Shown: one piece after another, positions 13,037 through 24,252 of the stretch | Layout: every line of letters starts with the position of its first letter | How positions within the stretch are numbered: position 1 is the stretch's first letter | Origin: Phyllobates terribilis | Lineage: Eukaryota | Assembly (NCBI RefSeq): GCF_046119375.1 | Contig: NW_027362761.1 | Location: forward strand, 89,218,001-89,282,000 | Length of the DNA: 64,000 bases | Reading direction: 5' to 3' | Notes under the pieces: model-generated | Told to the model about the DNA's origin: nothing | The model's input: the letters and a program-made list of their open reading frames with translations, nothing else | The model's database searches: none | Made by a program: the position numbers and the translations under genes

Positions 13037-13554
13037 ATAAAACTTATTTAAAACTTTTTATATCTCCAAAATAGTGTTATTAAAAAATCATCTCTCCAAA
13101 AACAAGCTCTCATACACTTACAAAACCTTTAGAATGCAGTGATGGTAAAAAGGAACATTTTTAAGTGTAAAAAGAGATAATACAGAAAAGTTTTTTACAC
13201 AATTTGTTTTTTGCAACGAATTAAATGATAGTATTACAGAGCCTTCAATTAGGAATTAAAATTGTAAATATTCATTTGAGGTCAATGATTGGACAGGCTC
13301 TTTAGAATCCCTTATTTTCATGAATATTAATAAGGGATATTTCCATGATTTTGGAGTAAGATGATGTTGTTGATAGATTTGCAAGCTTGTTTTCTCTTCT
13401 CCAAAAAATGCTGCTTTAAACTGTGTAAGATGGGATCCTTAGTGCATATACATTTTTCTACATAATATATTGTTCTAAGTACAGGCAACTCATCAGCTAA
13501 TTCATGCTGCTACAACCCTGTGCAGAATTTTCAAAAACATCTTAATTTATTTTG

Positions 13555-13735
13555 TAAGATCTGCACTTACACTCCTTAGCATGCTTGGCGGTGAGGTTAA
13601 TAACGGTTGTCTGAGGAATGTTACGCTATGTTGAATGCATTTGGGAATGTAAATCATCAGGATCCACTGCTGGCAGCTCCCATTGCAATTTCCGACCAAT
13701 GTTGTTCCAAATATGCTCAATGTACTAGATATCTT
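13555..13735 (-). pseudogene. Tc1/mariner transposase C-terminal relic
   Basis: Translates to IEHIWNNIGRKLQ...NIPQTTVINL then frameshifted SMLRSVSA, resembling the Tc1 DLSPIEHIW...IPQ...SMPRR C-terminus; contains stops. Confidence 0.6.
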
Positions 13736-13790
13736 TATGTCCAAAATAAAAGCGGAATTCACTGATACAGTGGATATACCTCCTTTTTAG

Positions 13791-14555
13791 TGTTAAGAAT
13801 CGTGGTTCTGTGCTCCCGCCTGGGAATGGAGCAGGTCCAGTTCTACACTACCCCAGTCGCAAGCGTCGCCATTGTCCTGACCCTGGAGGCAGAGTTCCTA
13901 CGCGTGCAGGGAAACTGTCCCAATCTTGTAGAGTGTCGCTTTCTGGTGTTGTGGGGTATGTAAGAACACGAGACAGCATTTCTCTCACTGATTTCTCTGC
14001 CTGGGGAAGATGGGACCCTGTCTTGCCTGGTTTCCAGGAAACACAGGATGCTGCTTTGTCTGACGCTAATCAATGGTGGCATTTTGTCCAGTCTGCTGTT
14101 GAAGATAGCAGAAAGTGGTTGTCTGGGAATAATTATGAGGTAATCAACACCTGATCATTAGGCGAGCTATATAATCCTGCTCCATGCTCAGCCCTTTGCT
14201 GTTTATTGCAGTTCCTTTGTGCTTGGTGGTGAAGGATGCTAGTATTAGTCTTGCTATATTTTCAGGGGTTTTCTCATTTTCTCTTCTGGCTTTACTTCCT
14301 GCGGGTTCTTGCAGAAGTTCTCACCTGGTTCTTGACTAGGCACCAGCCGTGTCACCAGATGCCAGCTGTCCAGCAACAGTGGGACTGGAAAGGGCTCTGC
14401 CAAAGTTCCCCTTCTATTTAGTGAGAGCTGGGTGATGAGTATTCCCGACCCTTAAACGCTTGCCTAGCTGGGCTGCTTCTGTCAAGTGCGTCTGTGCCTG
14501 CGCCTTTGCTGGTTTTCTCCCAGTCTTGCTGGGTTCCTCTGCAAAGTGCATAGCA
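13791..14555 (+). mobile_element. Solo LTR, 765 bp
   Basis: TGTTA...TAGCA termini; 5-bp TSD TTTAG at 13786-13790 and 14556-14560; TATA-like ctatataa at ~14167. Confidence 0.75.
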
Positions 14556-14699
14556 TTTAGACTCTATTGCCATCTTGCTCTGCATCATGATACCATTGAG
14601 AGGAGGTCATTAGAACACCTGCAGCTGTATTTCTAGCCTTTTGCCCAATATCATGCAAATGCCTTCTCTTAGTTTGTGTAGACACTTCTTGATGCTTTA

Positions 14700-15549
14700 G
14701 GCTATGTGCCCACGATGCAGAAATGAAGCAGAAAATTTCTGCAGCATTTCTGCATCTCCCTGGCAGAAGAAAAACATGCAGATTGTGCATGCATTTTTCC
14801 TGCCAAATACATGCGGATTTGAAGCTTATTCACATGCATTTCTGCATGCGGATTGACAAGCACTTTCCAGGCGATTTTAGCATCACTTGGAAAGTGCTTG
14901 ACAACTAGGTCACACTATATAAATCCATGCAAACAGCATGGTTTTATATAGTGTGACCGTAAGAATGTTTAAAAATAAAAAAATAAACCTATACTTACCT
15001 TCCGATGGCCTGGCGTGTGTTGCTGCGCTCCTTCCTGGCTGCCAGCTGATTGCGGGACACTGCACTGAAAGACCTGCCGTCACATGACTGTGACGTCACC
15101 GCAGGTCCTTCAGTCCTGCCCACAAGCACAGGGAAGGAGACTGGGGGCCGTCGGAAGGTGAATATAATCTTTTTTTTTTTTTTTTAACTTTTTTTTACAG
15201 GTACAATGGTACCCAGGTCTGGATGAGAGTCTCCTCTCCTCCAGACTTGGGTACCTTCCGCACATTGAAACGCATATAATCCGTGAGTACAAATGTACAG
15301 TCGCGGTTTCTGTGCGTCTCAATGCAAGTCAATGGCGGCGATTACGCCGCGCTTCCACAAAATTAATGGACATGCTGCGGATTTTTGAGTGCAGCATAAA
15401 CGCTGCGGAAAAATCCGCAGCATGGGCATTGACAGTGCGGCTTGTCATTGGGGACCATGGGGGGCGGATTGCCATGCATTTTTGAAGCGTTTATGCTGCG
15501 GAAATTCTGCAGCATAAACGCTTGAAAAACGCATCGTGGGCACTCAGCC
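14700..15549. mobile_element. PIF/Harbinger-type non-autonomous element, 850 bp
   Basis: TIRs GGCTATGTGCCCACGATGC / GCATCGTGGGCACTCAGCC; 3-bp TSD TTA on both sides; internal inverted repeat ~14990-15010 / 15145-15165. Confidence 0.8.
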
Positions 15550-15959
15550 TTAGGGTTGGTATTAGGCAGTAAAAAAGGGCAACAGTATTTACCTGCCCAG
15601 GCATCAGAACTAATGCTGCTTTTGACCTGGATTTTTTTCCATGTTCATTTCTCTCCCCCTCCCCTTGCACCACCTGTGTGTGTGCATACTGCACCTGCAG
15701 AACTGCTGATCAGTGATGCACCTCACTGACAGAAATCTTTTGGACAGGACTTTTTTTTCTTGTTCATTTTTTGTATTCTCACTGTGCACCACTTCTGCAT
15801 GTGCTTCCTGCAGCCGTTGAGCGCTGATCAGTGATGTACACAGATTGGCATCAGGTTGTTGTTTTTCTGTTTGTTTTTTAAAAAAATATAAAAAAAAATG
15901 GAGTAAAAATAATAATTTACATTAGTTGATAGGTCAAGATTAGAGAAAGTAAAAATATA

Positions 15960-16585
15960 CTGTAGTATGAAGCTGCATCTTGTCTCCAACACGCTGTGAC
16001 AAAATGGCTCCCACCGCAGAGTCTGAGGCATCTACTTCGACAACAGACAGCAGTTCAGGATTTGGATCGACAAAAATGGTGCAGAAGTGAAAATAGTCTT
16101 TAGTTTGTCAAAGACCCCTTGAGCCTCTGGAGACCAGAAAAACACTTTGGTTTTCTCTGTGAGTGAAGTAATTGGCTGAATGATATTTGAAATTTTTTTA
16201 ATGAATCTTGTACAGAAATTTGCAAATCCTATAAAGCGCTGGACGTCTTCTAAATTTCTTGGGGTAGACCAGTCAACTACCACTCAGATTTTTCTGGGAT
16301 CCATGATCAGATCTTCTGGGGAGATGATGTATCCCAAAAATTGAGTCATGGTTTGTTCAAATTCACATTTTTCGAGTTTGATATAGAGATGATTTTCCTG
16401 TAGACGTTCCAGGACTAACTGGACATGCCTGCTATGCTCCTCCAAGGTGTCTGAAAATATAAGAATGTCATAGAGATAATCAACAACAAATCGATTCAAG
16501 AAATCTTTAAAAATATCATTAATGAAGGGCTGAAAGGTGGCAGGTGAGTTGCTGATGCCGAAAGTCATAACCAGGTATTCAAAAT
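15960..16585 (-). pseudogene. Ty3/Gypsy pol: RT C-terminal half and start of RNase H
   Basis: FEYLVMTFGISNSPATFQ, YLYD (decayed YLDD), KCEF, FLGYII, WSPEAQ...F.KLK, VEVDASDSAVGAILSQ; frameshifted and truncated at ~15960. Confidence 0.92.
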
Positions 16586-17754
16586 TAGAGATGAGCGGTG
16601 TTCGACTAGAGCTGTTCGCCAATCTCAAATTCGAGCTGTTTTGGGCGGTGTTCGAGTTATTCGACGAACCCGAACGATTTGCAAAAATTCGGCTGTTCAA
16701 GGTTATGTTCGATAACTGTTCGTGCACCAAAAGCGTGTCCTGCATGTCTGGCGCTATTTTGAGCACCAATCATGCAGGGATTGCCTGCCACTCACTGTAA
16801 TGCCACAGCCATGGTGGTTGTGGCATTACAGTGATTGCCCAAATCGATGGGAACAGTGCCCACAGTGAAACATGAAAAGCCGGCAATTCAGCAGCGGCAT
16901 ACACCGGTACCCGACAATTTAGAACAGAAAGAATAGAGAATCACACATAGATTAGATAGATAGAAACATGTCAGTCACATATATATGGAGTACAGTGACA
17001 GTGTTGCTTACTGTACTTGTCATTTAGTGTAAAGGATTTATTAAAAAAAATAATAGTGTTTTCATGCACTGTCTCTTTAAAAAAGCCGGCCGGCAATTCA
17101 GCATCTGTACCCGACAATTTCGAATAGAAGGAATAGAGCTTCACACATAGATTAGATAGATAGAAACATGTCAGTTACATATACATGAAGTACAGTGATA
17201 GTGTTGATTACTGTACTTGTCATTTAGTGTTAAAATAAAGGATTTATTTAAAAAAAAATTGGCGTGGGGTTCCCCTTAATTTTAGTCTCTAGTGGAGGTT
17301 AAGCAGATGGCTGGGGCAGATGTTTGAAGCCTGGGAAGGGGGTAATACCCACGGAGCTTCCCAGGCTACTAATATCAGCCCCCAGCTGAATACCTAGCCT
17401 CTACTAGCTATTAAAATGGGGGACCCCCCCCAAAAATGACGTGGGGTCCCCCCTTTTTTAATAGCTAGCAAAGGCTAGGCAGACAGCTGGGGACTGATAT
17501 TAATAGCCCAGGAAGGGTACCATGAATATTGGCCCCCTCCCAGACTACAAACACCAGCCATCAGCCGCCCCAGAAATTCTGGCACTTAGCCTCGCTCTTC
17601 CCACTGCCCTGTAGCGGTGGCAGTGGGGTAATAGGGCTGGGGTTGATGTCAGCTTATAATGCCAGCTGACATCAAGCCCAGGTTAGTAATGGAGAGGCCT
17701 CTATAAGACACCCCCATTACTAACCCCATAGTCAAAGTTAAAAGAAAACACAAA

Positions 17755-18510
17755 CACCCAGAATAAAGTCCTTTAATTGAAATAAACACAAAATTCTTTA
17801 TTGTTCTAAATTAAACCATACTTACCATCACACCCATTCCAGCTGAAGCCAACGATCTCCTGCAATAAAAGAAAAATAATAAAGCAACCTCATCCTTACC
17901 TTTCCATGGTTCCCAGGACAGCTCCAGCTCTGCTACATCGAGATGACAGGCTGGACCGCAGCAGAACCCTGCCATCCAGCCTGTCATCCCGCAGACACTG
18001 AGAAGCGCAGGCATGCTTGCGCTCCTCAGTGTCTCTCTGTGACGGCATAAAGATGAGCCGAGGTCATGTCCAATGAACTCGGCTCACCTCATGCACGTCA
18101 CTGACAGCGAGGGAGAATTCTCACGCTGAAGCGCTGAGTGCAGGAGAATTTTCCCACGCTGTCAGTGACGTGCATGAGGTGAGCCGAGTTCATTGGACAT
18201 GAACTCGACTCATCTGGATGCCGTCACAGCGAGACACTGAGGAGCGCAAGCATGCCTGCGCTTCTCAGTGTCTGTGGCATGGCAAGCTGGATGGCAGCGT
18301 TCTGCTGCGGTCCAGCCTGTCATCTCGATGTAGCAGAGCTGAAGCTGTCCTGGGAACCATGGAAAGGTAAGGATGAGGTTGCTTTATTATTTTTCTTTTA
18401 TTGCAGGAGTTCGTTGGCTTCAGCTGGAATTGGCGTGATCGTAAGTATGGTTTAATTTAGAACAATAAAGAATTGTGTGTTTTTTCAATTAAAGGACTTT
18501 ATTCTGGGTG
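17755..18510. repeat. ~756-bp palindrome (~360-bp arms)
   Basis: cacccagaataaagtcc...ctgacagc (17755-18110) mirrors gctgtcag...ggactttattctgggtg (to 18510); mirror ORFs 17811-18014(-) and 18252-18455(+) translate almost identically. Confidence 0.93.
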
Positions 18511-19034
18511 TTGTGTTTTTTTTAAATACTTTACTAGAAATTCATTGTGGTCATGTCTAATATTGGTGTGACCCCATGAATTTCGGGCTCAGGGCCAGCT
18601 GATAATGCCAAGCTGGCCCTAACCCCTTTATTACCCAGAGAGCCACCGCACGAGGGCCCTGGATGAGTTGGGTACAGCGCCAGAGGATGGCGCTTCTATG
18701 AACGCGCCATTTTCCGTGGTGGCTGCGGACTGCAATATACAGCGGGGGGGCAGAAAGCTTGGGCCTCCCTGCGCTGAAGATTCCAGCCCCCAGCTGCCTA
18801 GTTGTACCCGGCTGGACCCAAAAATAGGGCGAAGCCCCACGTATTTTTTTTTTAATTATTTCATGAAATTCATGAAATAATTAAGAAAAAAGGGCTTCCC
18901 TATATTGTTGTGTCCGGCCAGGTACAAATAGGCAGCTGGTGGTTGGGGGCAGCCCGTTCCTGCCTGCTGTACCTGGCTGGACACAAATATAGTGCGAAGC
19001 CCCACGTCAATTTTTTTTTTAATTATTTCATGAA

Positions 19035-20530
19035 ACTAGATGGTGGCCCGATTCTAACGCATCAGGTATTCTAGAATATGTAAGCGGCAGACCCGGCGCA
19101 ATCAGCAGAGCGGTGTTTAAATTTGGCGCCAAAATCGCTGACTGGTCGCGGCTAGCAACCGCGACCAATCAGCAAAGCGGTGTTGAAATTTGGCGACTTT
19201 ATCGCTGATTGGTCACGGCCGGCGGTCGCGACTAATCAGCAGAGTGGGGTTTAAATTTTGCGCCAATAATGCTGATTGGTCGTGGCCAGCGAACGTGACC
19301 AATCCGCAGAGCAGCGTTTAAATTTTGCGCCAATAATGCTGATTGGTTGCGGTCGCGACCAATCAGCAAAGCGCTGTTTAAATTTGGCTCCAATAATGGT
19401 GATTGGTCACGACCGCGACCATTCAGCAGAGCGGTGTTTAAATTTGGCGGCAATAATGTTGATTAGTCGCGGCCGGCGGTCGCGACCAATCAGCAGAGCG
19501 GGGTTTAAATTTGGCGCCAAGAATGCTGATTGGTCGCAATCGCCGGCCGCGACCAATCAGCAGAGCGGTGTTTAAATTTGGCGCCAATACTTCTGATTGG
19601 TCGCGGACGGCGACCGCGACTAATCAGCAGAGCGGTGTTTAAATTTTGCGCCAATAATGCTAATTAGTCGCGGCCGGCATCCGCGACCAATTAGCAGAGC
19701 GGGGTTCAAATTTGGCGCAAATCTCGCTGATCGGTCACGGCTGGAGTCCGCGACCAATCAGCAAAGCGTTGTTTAAATTTGGCGCCAAGCTCGCTGATTG
19801 GTCGCGGCCGCTATTTAAATGTGGCGCCCAAATCGGTGATTGGTCGCGGGCAGCGTCCGCGACCAATCAGCAGAGCGGTGGTTAACTTTAGAGCCAAGAT
19901 CACTGATTGGTCGCGTGCGGAGAGCGCGACAAATCAGCGAATCGTATTGGTGAGAGCCGGGGAGCGCCGCTGCCTGGTCGGATACTTCCACTGCGAGAAG
20001 CCGGGAGATGAGCGACTGCTCGCAGCAGAAGTATCCCGACCCGCAGCGCCGCTCCCCGGTCCTCCCTTGACACCCTAGCCGCTGATGTCCCCACAGTATC
20101 CGCATGGTGTTACAAAGATCCGGACATTTGTGTTAAAAATCGCTGATTGGTCGCTGGCGCTGCCCGCGACCAATCACCGATTTGTGCGCCAAATTTAAAT
20201 ATCGGCCGCGATCAATCACCGATCTTAGCTCCACATTTTAACACCGCTGTGCTGATTGGTCGCCGACGCTGGGCACGACCAATCACCGATTTTGGCGCCA
20301 CATTTAAATAGCGTCCGCGACCAATCAGTACAGCGGTGTTTAAATATGGAGCCAAGATGGGTGATTGGTCGCGGCCGATATTTGAATTTGGCGCCCAAAT
20401 CGGTGATTGGTCGCGGGCAGCGCCAGCGGCCAATCAGCGATTTTTAACACAAATGTCCGGACCTTTGTAACACCATGGTGATTGACCCGCGACCAATCAC
20501 TGATCTTGCCGCCAAAGTTAAACACTACTG
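19035..20530. repeat. CpG-rich 60-67-bp tandem repeat with paired CCAAT boxes, preceded by a Helitron-like start
   Basis: Starts actagatggtggcccgattctaacgcatcaggt; unit cgcgaccaatcagcagagcggtgtttaaatttggcgccaataatgctgattggtcgcgg with starts at 19481, 19548, 19615, 19682, 19749 (period 67). Confidence 0.85.
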
Positions 20531-22285
20531 TGCTACTCATGCACGTCACTGACAGCGTGGGAAAATTCTCACGCTGAAGCGCTGAGTGCAGGAGAATTTT
20601 CCCACACTGTCAGTGACGTGCATGAGGTGAGCCGAGTTCATTGGACATGACCTCGGCTCATCTTTATGCCGTCACAGCGAGACACTGAGGAGCACAAGCA
20701 AGCCTGCGCTTCTCAGTGTCTGCGGGATGACAGGCTCGATGGCAGCGTTCTGCTGCGGTCCAGCCTGTCATCTCGATGTAGCAGAGCTGAAGCTGTCCTG
20801 GGAACCATGGAAAGGTAAGGATGATGTTGCTTTATTATTTTTCTTTTATTGCAGGAGATCATTGGCTTCAGCTGGAATCGGCGTGACGGTAAGTATGGTT
20901 TAATTTAGAACAATAAAGAATTGTGTGTTTATTTCAATTAAAGGACTTTATTCTGGGTGTTTGTGTTTTCTTTTAATTTTGACTATTGGGTTAGTAATGG
21001 GGGTGTCTTAAAGACGCCTCTCCATTACTAACCTGGGCTTGATGTCAGCTGGCTTTATAAGCTGACATCAACCCCAGCCCTATTACCCCACTGCCACCGC
21101 TACAGGGCAGTGGGAAGAGCGAGGCTAAGTGCCAGAATTGGCGCATCCTATGGATGCACCATTTCTGGGGCGGCTGAGGGCTGGTGTTTCTAGCCTGGGA
21201 GGGGGCCAATATTCATGGCACCCTTCCTGGGCTATTAATATCAGCCCCCAGCTGTCTGCCTAGCCTTTGCTAGCTAATAAAATAGGGGGGACCCCACGTC
21301 ATTTTTTTGAGGGGGTCCCCCATTTTAATAGCTAGTAAAGGCTAGGTATTCAGCTGGGGGCTGATATTAGTAGCCTGGGAAGCTCTGTGGGTATTACCCC
21401 CTTCCCAGGCTTCAAACATCTGCCCCAGCCGTCTGCTTAACCTCCGCTAGAGACTAAAATTACGGGGAACCCCACGCCAATTTTTTTTTTTATAAATCCT
21501 TTATTTTAACACTAAATGACAAGTACAGTAACCAACACTGTCACTGTACTTCTTATATATGTGACTGACATGTTTCTATCTATCTAATCTATGTGTGATG
21601 CTCTATCTTTCTGTTCTAAATTGTCGGGTACAGATGCTGAGTTGCCGGCCGGCTTTTTTAAAGAGACAGTGCATGAAAACACTATTATTTTTTTAAATAA
21701 ATCCTTTACACTAAATGACAAGTACAGTAACCAACACTGTCACTGTACTTATTATATATGTGACTGACATGTTTATATCTATCTATCTATGTGTGAAGCT
21801 CTACTCTTTCTGTTCTAAATTGTCGGGTACCGCTGCTGAATTGCCGGCCGGCTTTTTTAAAGAGACGGTGCACGAAAACACTATTATTTTTTTTAATAAA
21901 TCCTTTACACTAAATGACAAGTAAAGTAACCAACACTGTCACTGTACTTCTTATATATGTGACTGACATGTTTCTATCTATTTAATCTATGTGTGATGCT
22001 CTATTCCTTCTTGTCTAAATTGTCGGGTACCGGTGTATGCCGCTGCTGAATTGCCGGCCGGCTTTTTTAAAGAGAGCGTCTTCTGAGCAGTTTGTCAGCT
22101 TTTGGACACATTTGAAGGTGTTTTCTATGTGTTTCTATGTGTTTTTGTTTGCCTGCCATTGGTTTTAACGGTGTTCGACGGTGTTCTAAGGTGTTCGACG
22201 AACAGTTCGACGAACAGTTCCTCGAACATCCCGGTGTTCAACGAACCGAACCGAACCCGAACACTACGGGGGTGGCTCAACACTA

Positions 22286-23658
22286 TTCAAAATGTCCATA
22301 TCTACTTCTAAAGGCAGTTTTCCACTCATCTCCCGGGCGAATTTGTATCAGATTATAAGCCCATCTTAGATCGAGTTTGATAAAAATCTTGCCAGAACAT
22401 AGTCTCTCCAGAAACTCAGGAATTAAGGGTAGTGGGTAGCGATTTTTAATGGTAATCTTTTTTAATTCTCTGTAATCAATACAGGGCCGTAGGGTTCAGT
22501 ACTTTTTTTTCTACAAAAAATGAGGGTGCTCCAGCTGGCGAAGAAGAAAAGAAGAAGGTTGAATGAAGCCTTTCTCTCAGTTTTCATCTATATACTCTTT
22601 TAGCACCTTCAATTCTGGTTCAGAGAGATTGTAAATGTTCCCAAACGGAATGGATGCTCCAGGAAGCAATTCAATGGGACAATCATAAGAATTATGAAGA
22701 GGTAGTTGATCGGCTTTCTTCTTACTGCAGACCTCACTGAACTGCTGGTACTGAGGTGGTAGTTTATCATAATTCTGATGAGAAATCTCAGATACTTGAA
22801 TTTGTTTAACAACAAGTAAATTAGCATGGCAATTGTTCTTACAGTATTCAGAGGGAAAAGTAATGTTCCTCGATGCCCAATTGATAGAAGGGGTATGTGA
22901 TGAGAACCAGGGAATTCCTAGAATAACTGGAAATTTTGGAAAGGAACTAATATGAGAACTAACAGCTTCATGATTATTTGGTTCAATACAGATTTCAAGT
23001 ACTATTCTCTTGTGAGTAACAGGTCCAGAAGATAAAGGTGATCCATCCACAGTTTCCATATTGATTGGCATGGATTTAGTCCTACTTGCAATGTTATTAT
23101 CAAGTATGAATTGTAAGTCCATGAAATTCACTCCTGCTCCAGAATCTAACATAGCCGAAACTGCATTTTTTGGCTCCCAATTATGACCTGTATGGGAAAG
23201 ACAAAAAGAGACGATGGTGATCTCTCTTTGTCTTTATCCTGCATAACAGATGAGATGGTCTGCATAACCGGATCTAGCTGTCCAGAAAGGTCTAAATCAC
23301 TTGCAGTTTTGGCATTGGTGAAGGCTATAGTCCTTTTATTAGGACAGTTAATGGCAAAATGTCCAGAGTTCCCATAATAGAGGCATAAGTTTTCAGTACT
23401 TCGCCTCTCATTTTCTACTGCAGAGAGAGGATTTCAGATTACATCAATTTGCATAGGTTCAGGCACAGTTTCCATTTCCTGTTGATTTTTTAATGTGGAT
23501 TGAGTAAATGAATAGTTAGGATTATTTCCAAATACTCGCAGTCTTTCTTTTCTTCTTTCTGTGAGTCTCTGCTCAATTTCGATGCACAATTGAATAAAGT
23601 CCTCTGCGCAAAATAATTCTGTTAGGAACTGACTTGGGTTGAAGTAGTGATATTGCAA
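22286..23658 (-). pseudogene. Ty3/Gypsy (sushi-like) gag C-terminus, protease and RT N-terminal half
   Basis: PEPMQID; zinc knuckle LCLYYGNSGHFAINCP (~23342-23390); protease LDSGA; PFGNIYNLSEPE; [40 protein letters not shown]; rejoins YLVMTFG at 16577 across the TSD. Confidence 0.93.
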
Positions 23659-23915
23659 TCACTAGGGACAGCACCGGTAGGTAGCGTAGTCAGTGATGTC
23701 AGGAATCGGTAAATAGGAAAGCAGTATAATCTTGAAGGGTTTAGCAAGTAATGTTGTCAGGGAAGCCAGGAATCGATGCACAGGAAAGCAGTATAATCTT
23801 GTATGAAGCAGCAGGAGAAGGGAGAGCTTGACTAAAGGCTGGGAGCTCAATAATCTCACAAGGAGAAGGTGCCAGGCCAGGTTTAAATATGGTGTTCAAT
23901 CAGGAGGAAGCCAAA
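23659..23915 (-). mobile_element. LTR-like fragment abutting truncated gag
   Basis: Non-coding; TATA-like tatttaaa on the minus strand at ~23881; no termini identified. Confidence 0.3.
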
Positions 23916-23924
23916 AACTTATAT

Positions 23925-24252
23925 ATGCCAACTTGATGCACTCTACACAACTTACATATGCCAACCTGATGTACTTTACACAACTCAGATATGCCAACCT
24001 GATGCACTCTACACAACTAAAATATGCCAACCTAATGTACTCTACATAACTCAAATAAGCCAACCTGATGCACTCTACACAACTCAAATATGCCAACCTG
24101 ATGTTCTCTACACAACTTACATATGCCAACCTGATAAACTTTACACAACTCATATATGCCAACCAGATGTTCACTACACAACTTACATATGTCAATCTGA
24201 AGTACTCTACACAACTCAAATATGCCAACCTGATGCATTCTACACAACTTAC
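23925..24252 (+). repeat. 33-bp tandem repeat, ~10 copies (tatgccaacctgatgcactctacacaacttaca)
   Basis: Direct reading; produces the YANLMHSTQL(T/K) ORFs; same unit at 38359-38560. Confidence 0.92.

Larger units (their letters stand above)
16586..22285. mobile_element. 5.7-kb non-autonomous hAT element with nested palindromes
   Basis: TIRs TAGAGATGAGCG / GCTCAACACTA; perfect 8-bp TSD TTCAAAAT (16578-16585, 22286-22293); subterminal GTTCG/CGAAC motif clusters; no transposase ORF. Confidence 0.92.

Noticed and set aside
13810-14154. 114-aa ORF
   Set aside because: Lies wholly inside a TSD-bounded solo LTR; no motif recognised.
17811-18455. Repeated 67-68-aa ORF MPALLSV... as a multicopy small gene (also 63528)
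   Set aside because: Identity between copies simply reflects the palindrome arms; the 20540 arm has lost the ATG.
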